Assembly (NCBI RefSeq): GCF_004010195.1
Contig: NC_057719.1
Span: 23,183,686-23,247,685 of the forward strand
Source of the DNA: Chiloscyllium plagiosum
Taxonomy: Eukaryota
Reading direction: 5' to 3'
Length of the DNA stretch: 64,000 nt
Made by a program: the position numbers and the translations under genes. The notes beneath the pieces are model-generated. The model was given only the letters and a program-made list of their open reading frames with translations, was not told where the DNA came from and made no database searches. This document shows positions 52,682 to 64,000 of the stretch, piece by piece (position 1 is the first letter of the stretch; every line of letters starts with the position of its first letter).

Positions 52682-53667
52682 AACAAACACATGATTTTTT
52701 GGAGAAACCCAGCAGGTCTGGCAGCATCTGTGGAGAGAAACTATAGTCAACATTTCAAAAGTCCAGTGACCCTTCATCAGAACCTGTAGGTCTTGGTTTT
52801 ATGTTTTGGGTCACAGCCATTTCTGTCGAATTAGCTGACCTATTCTCTTGAAATCATGCTTCTTAGCAAAGCTGATAAAGTATTTGAAAAACCTTCACAA
52901 GTGGTCGATTGCCTGCATTAAGTAACTATGGTAACATGAAATCTCAAAATCGCGCAAGGAATGGAGTCACATTGGGTGTTGTAGATGGGTTTGATACTGT
53001 CAGGTTTGATGAGCTTGGGGTTGGTGATGGATCAGAAGAGTTTTGGATTGTGGGAGGGTGGCAAGTGAGGGGGAGGGTGCTTGGTCAGGAGGGTGTCAGT
53101 AGTTGGAGGGGTATCATTAAGAGTTGATTTGAATGGCTACCGAGTCGTAAAAGCAGGTTTTAAAGCCTCTATTTTTTTGTTGGGTAACTTTTAGGCTTAA
53201 GTGAATCAGAACACTCCAAAATTTCTGATTCAAACAATGAGTTGAGGATTGTTTTGGAGGAATCCAAATTGCTGGGTAATCAAATCTTATGGAATCGGCT
53301 GAATTAGGATTTCTGCTTGGGTCTTCACACACTGTTCCAATCTATGCTGCCGTAAACTTTCTGAGCTATCACCTTTCCAACAGTCACAGTTGCACTTCAG
53401 TATTTTTTGAAAACATTTTTGCGTTTTTTGTTGTACAGTTTCCTTATATAGCTCTGTGAATGGGAAGCAATATTTTATTTTTTTCTGGATGCAAATATTC
53501 TGGATATAAACCAAGCCACTGCTCTCTCCATAATGTTTATGAAATTAAGTCAATTCCAGAGGAAATCACAAACGCATTAATCCCATAGAATGGCCATTGA
53601 TTACTATAAAAGTATTATCACTGATCTTATAAAAATGATGTAATGTTCAGCAAGTTAAATGCAGACC

Positions 53668-54147
53668 ATGCTGTAGGAAAGATGTTGTTAAGCATGAAAG
53701 TGTTCAGAAAATATTTACAAGGAATTTGCCAAGTTGCAGGTTGGAGCTATTTTCCCTGGACCATCAGAGGTTGAAGGGTGACTTCATAGAAATTTATAAA
53801 GTCATGAGGGGCATTGATAGGGTGGATAGTCAATGTCTTTTCCCAAGGGTAAGGGAGTCCAAAGCTAGAGGGCATGGGTTTAAAGTGAGAGAGGAAAAAT
53901 TTAAAAAGGACCCAAGGGGCAATTATTCCATGCAGAGGGTGATGCATGTTTGGAATGAGCTGCCAGAGAAAGTGATGAAGGCTGGTACAATTATAGCATT
54001 TAAAAGACATGGGTATATGAATAAGAAGGGTTTAGAGAAATACGGACCAAATGCTGGCAAAGGGAAAAGATTAATATGGGATATCTGTTGGCATGGACAA
54101 GTGGGCCAAAGGGGCCTGTTTCCATGCTGTACATCTCTATAACTCTA
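53668..54147 (+). mobile_element. CR1 (HER1-like) 3' fragment
   Basis: RLKGDFIEIYK and QRVMHVWNELP; tail. Confidence 0.92.
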
Positions 54148-54484
54148 TTTGAAAACTACTGATGACCAACCGTTGACTAATCTCTATTGAACAAACAGCA
54201 AGGCTCCTTTGATGTCTAGGAAGAGACATACTTGGCAGCAGAAACATTGGACCTGAATTAATCAATCCAGTGACAATCCATGCTATGTTCGCTACACAGA
54301 TCTGTGTTGCTGGATCTTCCTTTGTCAAAAGCTTCTGTCCTAACATCAGTCATCTCAATTTCTCTTCTCCATCTTCTCACTGTAATCTGCCTCTCGCTGG
54401 ATATACTGCATTCTTTGCTCAAAGGTCTGAGCACAAAATTGTCATCTAACTTGCTGACATCTTCTCCTATATCCTCAACTGGAT

Positions 54485-54650
54485 AGAGGTTTACAGCATG
54501 GAAACAGGCCCTTCATTCCGGCTTGTCCTTACTGCCCAGTTTTCACAATTAAACTAGTATCATTTGCTTGCATTTGGTCCATATCCATCCATACCTATCC
54601 CATCTATGCATCTGTCCAAATGTTTCTTAAATGACAAAATTGTAACCTGC
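54485..54650 (-). mobile_element. CR1 3' end
   Basis: atagaggtttacagcatggaaacaggccc. Confidence 0.75.
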
Positions 54651-54659
54651 CACCAAGTC

Positions 54660-55460
54660 AGTCACCACTGCTTCATCTCCTTCCAATGCAATGCCACCAC
54701 TGATCACATCTTCCCCTTCCTTTCCCTTTCAGAATTCTGAAGGCACTATTCCCTCCCTGACATCCTGACCAGTTCCTCAGTCAGCTGAACACTCTGTTCC
54801 CTTCCCAGGGCATGTTTCCATATCAGCACAAGAAAGGTAACATCTCCCTTCTTATGTCATCTTTCCTCACCTTCCATGACCCTTAACGATCCTTCCAAGT
54901 GAAACAGAAATTTACATGTACTTTTTTAAATTTACTCGATTGTACTTGCTGCTCACAATGTATTTGGACCTACACTGGGGAGATCAAATTTGACTGGGTA
55001 AATGTTTTGCAGAACACCTCCATTCAGTCCACTAGAGTTAACCCAAACATCAAATTGCCCGTCACTTTAATTCTCCAGCCTGTTCTCACACTGACATCTG
55101 AAGCTCCATATTAGTTCACAGAGCATGACTGTACTCTTTGATTTGTAACATTCCAGACTAAACATAAAGCTTAACGATTTCAGACCAAACATTCTGGACT
55201 CATTTCATTCCTTTTTATTCTTGTAGGTTTGTATTTTACTCTTATTTTTTCCCCAGTTCTGCTTTTGGACAGCAGTTAGACATTATTCTGCCATGTACTC
55301 TTCCTAAGCACCCATCATTTGTTTCATTACTTGGCCCACTACTATGCTCTTTAGCTCTGCTCAACCAACTCTTCTGTCATTTAAGCTCATTCACATTCCT
55401 CACTTTTGATCTTTTGCCTGCCTTCTCACTTATCGGTTCCTTAAAACCTACTGACAAGGA
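54660..55460 (+). mobile_element. Old Neptune-type PLE fragment
   Basis: KQKFTCTFLNLLDCTCCSQC..YTGE resembles the GIY-YIG start at 49040-49130. Confidence 0.7.
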
Positions 55461-56102
55461 TTTATCATAGAGGCAGTAGACCCTCTCATAAGCTCGAGAG
55501 GTGGGACTGAGACTGCTCCTGCTAGCTCTGGGAGGGGTGGAGGGGGGTGGTTCCACGACCACAGTTGACATATGCCAGAAAAATTCTTACCTGAACGTAT
55601 GGCTGCCACATCACCCCATCCCAGCGGGGTATCCCACCTCCAAGAGTTGCCACCAATTAGATGGCTAGCAGCTCTTCAGTCTCAACAATGCCACTGGAAA
55701 CAGTGGCCACTCCTAATACTGCCATCAATCCTTGACAGGGAGCAGAGGCGAATTGCCAGACAAGCAGTTAAGTGGGCCTTCTTCTCAGATGTAGCCTGAC
55801 CTACTGAGCATTTTTTTGCAGTTTCTATTTTACTTACCATACATACCCAAGTAATGGTCACCTTTTTTGACAATTATTTAAGGTTAAAGTTATGGAGTCA
55901 ACTATTACTACTACTTTTGAGGCGCTGAAATTCATGCCTGTCAAAATTCGTACCGTATCATTTGCATAAGTCCAACTGATCTCTGAATGAATAAAGATAA
56001 AAAAACGCAATAAGATTATGGGAATTCTCAAAACCCGAAGCGGAAGTGAACAACCGGCAGACTGACTCATGAATGTTGATCTGTTGTCTGCAAAAAACCA
56101 AG

Positions 56103-56328
56103 CTGAAAATGTGTTGCTGGAAAAGCGCAGCAGGTCAGGCAGCATCCAGGGAACAGGAGAATCGACGTTTCGGGCATAAGCCCTTCTTCAGGAATGAGGC
56201 ATTCCTGAAGAAGGGCTTATGCCCGAAACGTCGATTTTCCTGTTCCCTGGATGCTGCCTGACCTGCTGCGCTTTTCCAGCAACACATTTTCACCTCTGAT
56301 CTCCAGCATCTGCAGACCTCACTTTCTC
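56103..56328 (+). mobile_element. Young hairpin mini-PLE with back-to-back intact hammerhead cores
   Basis: ~92-bp arms with about one mismatch around a 3-nt loop (56197-56199); CTGAAGA at 56205-56211, GAAACGTC at 56225-56232; TSD ctgcaaaaaa(a)cYaag. Confidence 0.93.
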
Positions 56329-56614
56329 CTGCAAAAAAACTAAGGTCCACTTTCACATGGAAATATGTGGAAAATTCCAGATTCGTTTGGCCAAAAATAG
56401 AGGGTCAATGTTTAATGAGATCGACTATTACTCGAGAATATGCAGTGCATTTTCAGCCTCTGCTGTTTTACTGCTATAAAGTAGACTTGTCAGACACCAA
56501 CTGTCCAAAGGAAACAAAAGTTAGTAATATGAAGAAATAAGTCACAAGAATCTCTATGAATCAATACAACCTGAACTGGTGGGTGAGGTCAGTAAGGGAG
56601 TGTGATTGAGAGAC

Positions 56615-57070
56615 AGTACAATGAAGGTTCCCCAGGCCAGTTCCTAAGATTGTAGACCCATCCTTTGAGAACAGATTGAGGTGACTGGTTCTGTACATTT
56701 CAGAGTTTGGAAGAATGAGAGGTGATCTCATTAAAAAATACAAAATTCTTACAGAGCTCAGAGGGGTAAATGTGGGGAGAATGCATCCCCCTGGCAGAAG
56801 GGACCAGTACTGGGGAGAACATAGCCTCGGAACTGAGGAAAAAAAAGAATGCTGCCATTTGGAATGTGGTGAATCTTTGGAATTCTACTCCTAAGTGTGC
56901 TATCGGAGCTCAGTCATTGGGTACTTTCAACAGTTTTCTAAATATTAAATGCATCAGGCACTGGGGATAGTGTGAGAAAATAGCATTGAGGCAGAGGATT
57001 GGTCCTGATCTAGCTGAATGACAGAATAGGCTCGATGGACCAAATAGCCAACTCTTGCTCCTATTTCCTG
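56615..57070 (+). mobile_element. CR1 3' fragment
   Basis: EFGRMRGDLI..YKIL and VVNLWNS.P. Confidence 0.82.
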
Positions 57071-57871
57071 CATTTAGCGATTGCACTGGATGCTTAAAAA
57101 GTTTACTTGGTTCAGGCCTGGTTAGCCAAATGATGCTACTATTAACTTACATGAAAGAAGCCATGGGGATATTATTGTTAGGCGGTATGTTTGTGGTTTT
57201 CTCTGTGGAAGTGTTCACATGCTGTTTTAATTTCCTCACTACATGTCTACATCTGTATCGTGTCAGAAAAGGTCTATGTTTGGCTGATCTAATGATTCTC
57301 TGCAAACCCTAAGGAGAATTGTAGACAAGATACTTGAATGTTGTACAATTTATTCATTCACCTAGTCCATTAAAGGAAAGTAATAGTGACAGCCTGTACT
57401 TTGCCACCGAATGCAAGCCATTACAGCAACAGAGTATTGTGTTGCCTTTTTAAAATCTAATTCTCTGGGACAATGGATACATGTGAGACAGTTGCAACAA
57501 CAAAAGACAACCAGGAGGCAACCAGTTAATTAATATCATCTTCACCCCGAGATTGTTCAATGCCCATAACTCTCTCTTGGGCATTTTTTATATTAATATT
57601 CAATGCACAACACATACATAATTCATTTCCCATCACTGATATATAGCCTTACCAAAGCAATTGTGGTCATACAGTGATATAATAGGCACTAAAACTATTG
57701 TTATATGCTGTTCTTCATTTCTGCTTAGGAACGTGGTTGACCAGGTCCCAAATGCTGAGAGGTATAAGGTGAACTTGAAGTCACTGCACTGTTGTTTTCA
57801 AATTAGAGAAAGAAATGACTGGTGGTTTAATTTAACAGTCCCCATGCCTTTTGTGAGGACTGAGGTGGAGA

Positions 57872-58556
57872 AGGAAACCTCGATTATCCGAACGAGATGG
57901 ACGGGCATTATTCCGTTTGGATAATTGATTATTCCGTTAATTGATTGAATGCCTCTCCTCTGGGGCTCGGAGTTTTCTATTAAGTCTGCACCCTGTTCAG
58001 GAGACCCCAACCACCCCCCAACCCCATCCAGCAGCACCGCCCCCTGTGCACCCCCTTTCCGCGACCATTCCGCCCACCTCTCTGGGACACCTGGACTAGA
58101 CACCAACAACAAGACTGCTGCTGCTGCCTTTTGTTGGGGGGGGTGGGGGTGGGGGTGAGTCTCCAAATACTGTGCGCGCGCATACACACACACAGACACA
58201 CACACAGACAACGTTTTACTGCAACTATTTGACAAGTTCCACCTTTGCCCTGTAAAGGACAATGTTGGAGAAATTATCTGGGGAAGCGGGGTTTAGAGTA
58301 CATGCCTGTGCAAAACTCCAGGGAAAGTGTAGGGAGAGAGAGAGGGCAGGCGGTCAGTTATTTGGAGATGGTGCCTGGGGTCCCATCGATGTCCAGGACT
58401 GTTCTTGGCAGTACTTCAGTAAGCCGAGTTCATTTTTAATCACTGTAAATAGAAGACACGATCAGTGTTGGAAACATGTCTTTGATGTAATGTTTCCATC
58501 AGGACCTCAAGATTTCCTTCGGATAATCTAATATTCGGATAATTGATATTCTCCTG
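57872..58556. mobile_element. Non-autonomous Tc1/mariner (pogo/Tigger-like) element
   Basis: TIRs aacctcgattatccgaa / ttcggataattgatattctcctg followed by TA; appears inserted in a short tRNA-like SINE (57790-57872 + 58560-58655, -). Confidence 0.7.
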
Positions 58557-58959
58557 TATAGCAAACTCAGCTAGTGTGGGAATGGAACCCAAAGTGTTGG
58601 TATCACTTCATATTCAGAAACCAGCAGTCCAGCCAACTGAACTATCTCAACCCCAGACTCAGAGGTATACATGGTAAAGACACAAGTATGCTGTCTGACT
58701 TAAGGCCATGAGTACAGTAAATAGAATGCAGAATAAGGTTTTTCTTTCTCCCTGCAACCTTGGATACATCTCTGTTTGGATTTCTATACTTAGCATGCTC
58801 AGTTCTAATGCAAAGCAACAATAAAGCAGCAGCTGCTATGTGGAATGTTGATACAGTTGACCTTGTAACATGAGATCCAGACTATTTTATGAAAATAATT
58901 GTGGGGCTCGTTTATATAGGATCCTCCATGTTTCTGTTGGCCACAGGAAGCTTTAGCTA

Positions 58960-59213
58960 TGGCACGGTGGCTCAGTGATCAGCACTGTTGCCAGGGACCT
59001 GGGTTCGATTCCAGTCTCAGATGACTGGCTGTGTGGAGTTTGCACATTCGCCCTGTGTCTGCATGGTTTTCCTCTCACACTCCAAAGATGTGCAGGTTAT
59101 GTGGATTCGCCATGGGATATGCAAGATTACAGGGGTAGGATGGCTCTGGGTGGGAAGCTGTTCAGAGGGTCAGTGTGGCCGAATGGCCTGCTTCCAAACT
59201 GTAGGGATTCTAT
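58960..59213 (+). mobile_element. HE1-like V-SINE
   Basis: tggcacggtggctcagtg...gggttcgattcc. Confidence 0.88.
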
Positions 59214-59414
59214 AGTCAATGAACAGAAGTGAGAAAGCAAGAAACCGCTAGCAATGGGGACACTGTGAAGGGAGGGCTCTGAGAAAGTCAAATAATTAAG
59301 TAATTCTCGGCAAAGCCAAATGTTTCCTTATGAAAGGAATGCCTTTACTCACACCAAGTCCACAGCAGCTTCCTTGTTCAGCTACAGTAAATATTTCAGT
59401 CAGGCCCCACCATC

Positions 59415-59638
59415 AAGGAGCAAATTACTGCAGATGCTGGAATCTGTCCTGAAATCAAAAATGCAGGAGATCACAGCAGGTCAGACAGCATCCATTGAGA
59501 GAGAGCAAACTAACATTTGGAGTCCACCTGACTCTTCATCAGCAGCTGTGATGAAGAATCATCTAGACTTGAAACGTTGGCTTGCTTTCTCTTCATAGAT
59601 GCTGCCTGACCTGTTGCGATCTCCAGCACTTTTTGTTT
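59415..59638 (-). mobile_element. Hairpin mini-PLE (family D) with opposed hammerhead remnants
   Basis: TSD TCAGGCCCCA(C/T)CATC at 59400-59414 and 59639-59653; tgatgaagaatcatctagacttGAAACGTT. Confidence 0.85.
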
Positions 59639-60314
59639 TCAGGCCCCATCATCTGTCAATTAATGAGAGGACCCCACTGGCTTCAGGCAGACACTTTTAC
59701 AATTATTCAGACAAGCAGGTTGAGAGATCAGACCTGTGCGTAAGCTATCTCAGCAATTTTAGCTGCCTGCAAACTCTCTACCCTTCCATTGTCAGGAAAA
59801 AAAGACACAAGGATTTCTCAGGATTCTCTTCCTTTGCTTTTCAGCAATCTTCATACTTGCTTTCCCAATAATCATCATGGAGTTATGTCCTGAACTTTAA
59901 TCCTGAGATATATTGTGTGCAGAAGTTTGGTGTTATAAGTTAAGCAAATCTGGATGAATGAGTTTCTTATGAGTCTGGCTTGTATTAATTGCAGGGGAAA
60001 GGTAATTGCAGGGGAGTCCTATTATTCATGTTTCTGTGTCATTCCAACCCATTCCAGCAGCCTGTTAGGGAGAAAGAAATCTCTTTTGAGGGTAGCCTGT
60101 TTCACACGTATGTAGGTTATGAGAGCTGGTAAATGTAATGAGGCCATGAGAGAGATCAAATTGGGAGAGGGGTTCCGCTAATTACTTGGTCATGGCCTAA
60201 TCATAATCATGAGAAGTGGTGAGGAGGCTTCCAGTTATTGGAAAGTGGAGGTGGGAGGGCAGACGGAATGGATGGTGGTCACTTGAGGCATCTACAGGTG
60301 GGGGTTTACTGAAG

Positions 60315-60687
60315 CCGGATTTCTTCTGGCTGCTCCAGTTTCCTCCCACAATCCAAACATGAGTAGGTCAGGTGAATTATGCCCGAGATGTTGATTCTCC
60401 TACTCCTCGGATGCTGCCTGACCTACTGTGCTTTTCCAGCACCACACTCACAACTTTGATCTCCAGCATCTGCAGTCCTCATTTTCTCCGAGGTTAGGCG
60501 TCTTGGCTATGCTAAATTACTCACAGTGTTCGGGGATGTGTAGGTTAGGTGCATTAGTCATGGGTGAATGTAGAGTAATAGTGTAGGGGAATTGGTCTGG
60601 GTGGGTTACTCGTTGGAGGGTCAGTGTGGACTGTTGGACCGAAGAGCCTGTTTCCACACTGTAGGGCTTCTATGATTGTACGATTCT
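60315..60687 (+). mobile_element. HE1-like SINE 3' part split by a mini-PLE (~60376-60490)
   Basis: aggtYaggYg repeated either side of a family A 3' end. Confidence 0.82.
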
Positions 60688-61340
60688 CAGACTGTTTGGG
60701 ATGGAGATGTAGTCTTGTTCTTCTTAGCCCTTAAGAAGTGGTGTGAAGACATTTAGTTTATGGATACAGTACTTCTGTCCTCCTTTGAACTGTTGAGTTT
60801 CGACAAGGATAGGGTCCCAGTCAACATCAATGGATGTTAAAAATAAGGAGGGCAACCTCATTATAATGAAGCTGCTTCTTGAAAGTAGATTAGTTACCCA
60901 TCCCTTGTCATATCACAGTTCAAGCCAGACGTAGATGGATTTTAGGTTAATTGGGCTCCTGTTTCAGATCTTTTGCTTTTTAACCTGTGTTGCAGCTCTA
61001 ACCTGCCTGTGCTTTGGGGGTTAAGATTCTGTCCTATGTGTATGCATCAAAGTCTAAATTATCCCAAAGTCTAAAGGTGGATAGAAAATATCACAGTCAA
61101 TCTTTCCTGAAGAATGTTTGAATTGGTCTTCTAAGTCCTAAGTATTGCACATGTATGGCGCCTCAGCCAACTCATTAAATACGTTCAATGTTCAAATCTG
61201 TCTGCATCCTTTCACTTCTTTTATATCAGATGAGGAATGAATCACTCTCTTGGGAGTGATATCAAGAGAGAACAATGTGCGTTTCATGTTTACCAGGTGA
61301 TCGCTGGGAAGCGGAATAATACCATACACACTTGTAGGTA

Positions 61341-61514
61341 CAGAGAAACTTTGATTATCCGACATTCAATTATCCGAATTTCGGATTATTTGAACAAGAT
61401 TGCAAGGTCCCAGTGCTTGGCTAAACTGTTATCCGGCATTCAATTATCCGAACGTTCTATTATCTGAACAAAATACTCCCCACCCGTGTCATTCGGATAA
61501 TTGAGATTCCTCTA
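61341..61514. mobile_element. ~175-bp pogo/Tigger-like MITE
   Basis: TA flanks; TIRs cagagaaactttgattatccga / tcggataattgagattcctcta; internal ATTATCCGA repeats. Confidence 0.8.
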
Positions 61515-63002
61515 TATTTCATCTAGATGGCAAATGTTGATTATTCATGATGACCTAGCATCTATCTTCTCTGAGAAAGCTATTTACCAGTCTGGAATCT
61601 GTGCTACTTTTACCCATACTGTGCTACTTTTTATACACTTTTCTCATGTCTCATATAATGCAAACTGAAACAAATCCAACGGAAGTCTAACTTAATTAAT
61701 GTAAATTATACTTATGACTGATGATAAAGTATAAATCTAGTCGATTATTAAATTTGAAAAATAATATGGAGAATCACCTATTCCAAGAAAGTTGGACAAG
61801 TGATTTCTTAATTATCTGTTTTCATGTAGTTACAGAGTTCCACAACCAACACCAAATATTATTTCAAGTTAATTATTGATTGGTTAGAAAGTAGAAATCT
61901 GATACAAGCCAGTTTGATTTTAGTAAATGATATTAATCTTTGACTTGAAAATAATCTCCACAATTTCAGAGACTTAAGTATGATATTGAAAAGCCATGAC
62001 ACATTGTTTTATTTGTGCAATGTTTACTTGCAATTACTCCAAATTACCAGAAAAGCTGAATGCATCAGTATGAACTGATTTTGGTCCCTGTTGTCATTTT
62101 GTATAAATATTGATATTGTACTAAATAACAGCTGAGAGCTCTGGAAATTTGGAATGATATTTAATTTTTAGTTTAGATGAAATCAACTATACTGCATGAC
62201 TGCAGGCCCTTAACTTAAACATTTAGCTGTAAGGAAATAGGTGGCACATGATATGGAATGGCAAACAATCAATAGTTTTATTATATTTGTAAAAGTACTC
62301 ATTCACACAATTAAAATGCCCCATTCCTTGAGATTGCCAACTGAACCAATCAAGCAACTTACCAAGTACATATAAAAAATGGGTATCCTACTCACAGTGG
62401 AATGAACCTACAGCACTTTTCTGTAAGCTTGCTATCACTCTCTAATGAGGAATAGTTCTGAGAGTAGTTGTCTTTCCAAAATAATTCTGTACAAATGTCA
62501 TTGCCTCAGTGATGCATTATTGTCCTATAGATTTCTCTAGGTCAGTGATTTCACCAAACAACATTTCAGGAGTCATTAGCAGAACAATATGGCCTGAAAA
62601 TTCCCTACTTTACATGGCATTTGTGGGTAGAAGGAAGTTGAAACCATTCTGTTTACCTTGATAGAGTCTCAGGTTTAGTGTGGTAAAGGAATAAACAGTA
62701 ATGAGTCTTAACAAGAAGAGGGTCTTGTCTTAACAGATGTAGTTTGTTGTATGATAGCAATTAGGTACAAATAGCACAATTATATTAGTAAATTAGACAT
62801 TGTTACTAATACATTTAGGAGGCCATAGATAACCTATCTGCATCCTTTACGATCCAAGGATATTCTCCCAATTTCCCTACCCAAGTCGCATGATGTTGTT
62901 TAATTTGGGGGAAGAGTAGTGCAGTCTCCAACATTAATTCATTGAGAATAATTCACTTATATAATATCCAAGTTTCAATCACCTTAAGTGGGACTCAGTG
63001 CC

Positions 63003-63430
63003 CTTGTGGTATTGCTGCCGGACTATTTAATCCAGAAGCTCAGCTAATGTTCTCGGTTTGAACCTCACCAGCAGGTGGTGGAATTTGAATTCAATGAAAA
63101 AAATCTGAAATTAAGAATCCTCTGATCACCATAAAACCATTACCAATTGTCAGGAAAAGTCCACCTAACTAGTGCTAACTAGGAAATCTGCCATCTTCGC
63201 CTAGTAGATTACATGTGACTCCAGACCCAAGCTATGTAGTTGACTCTCAACTGAATTGAATTGAATTTATTGTCACGTGTACCGAGGCACAGTGAAAAAC
63301 TTTGTCTTGTAAGCAATACAGGCAAATCACAGTGTTAACTGCCCACCGAAATGACCTAGCAAGTACTCAGTTCAAGGGCAGCTAGGATTAGGCAATAAAT
63401 ACTGGCAAGTCAGAGACACTCATGAGTGAA
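63003..63430 (+). mobile_element. SINE family 2 with a short LINE tail inserted (63252-63335, -)
   Basis: SINE body as above; insert starts (TGAAT)n ttattgtcac. Confidence 0.8.
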
Positions 63431-64000
63431 CAATATTTGCGCAGTATATTAAGATGAAAATGATTCCTCTTCCTATTATAGATCCAAAGGTTAGTGAAGT
63501 TACTGACATTTAGCAGACATTAGACATATGTGTCCATGACAGAAGAGCAGCTGTTTAGTCTTCCTAATGTAGAAAAGGGTCAATATGAGCAACAAACTTA
63601 TTAAGTTGAAATATTTACAACTTTCAGAGAAAACTCCCAACCAATTTACTTTTTCATCTGGAAGGAATGTTCAGGATGTTAGAAGATGAGAACAGAAGAG
63701 GTAAAACATATTCTATGATTATATTGATAAGCTTTAACCATGTTCTTTATGAAGTCCAGTGTGCTACTTTCCAGTAACCTGTGTACTTCAACATGCAACA
63801 CAGAATTAATTGTTCAATTATTGTAGCTCAGTCGTATTGGAGTTGACCAGAAGCTACTTCTAGTTGTATCTTCTGCAGGAAATTATGTTCACTATGAAGC
63901 AGTTCGAACAGCTGTTCATTGGCTTACAATAATCTTTTATTATCATATTGGGTCCAAATTATATTCATCCATTACCCCATTCACTTGTGATACTGTATTA

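Noticed and set aside
4545..56356. Recurrent short ORFs of the WCWKSTAGQAASKEQE / MLPDLLCFSSTT type that look like a peptide family
   Set aside because: They are translations of the non-coding PLE 3' end in its many copies

Overview
Repeat-saturated, AT-rich vertebrate intergenic or intronic DNA. The HE1/V-SINE plus CR1(HER1)-type repeat content points to an elasmobranch (shark); this is inference. I found no host protein-coding exon I can support, and nearly every ORF in the track comes from a transposon. Contents: many CR1 LINE 3' fragments, one near-full-length CR1 (28632-32470, -, with a 138-N gap), about 11 HE1-like SINEs, a second tRNA-derived SINE family with a matching LINE tail, Harbinger transposase and Myb/SANT fossils, and two pogo/Tigger-like MITEs. 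The standout is a dense Penelope-like element (PLE) system. It includes a Poseidon/Penelope-type RT+GIY-YIG insertion with a ~690-bp inverted arm, a 3' tail and a 13-bp TSD (10863-13163), Neptune-type fragments, and about 20 short PLE 3'-end insertions, many of them hairpins with 12-16-bp TSDs. At least five sequence families carry minimal hammerhead-ribozyme motifs (CUGAnGA-stem II-GAA-palindrome-H) whose stems covary between families. Coordinates were read by eye and boundaries of degraded repeats are approximate.
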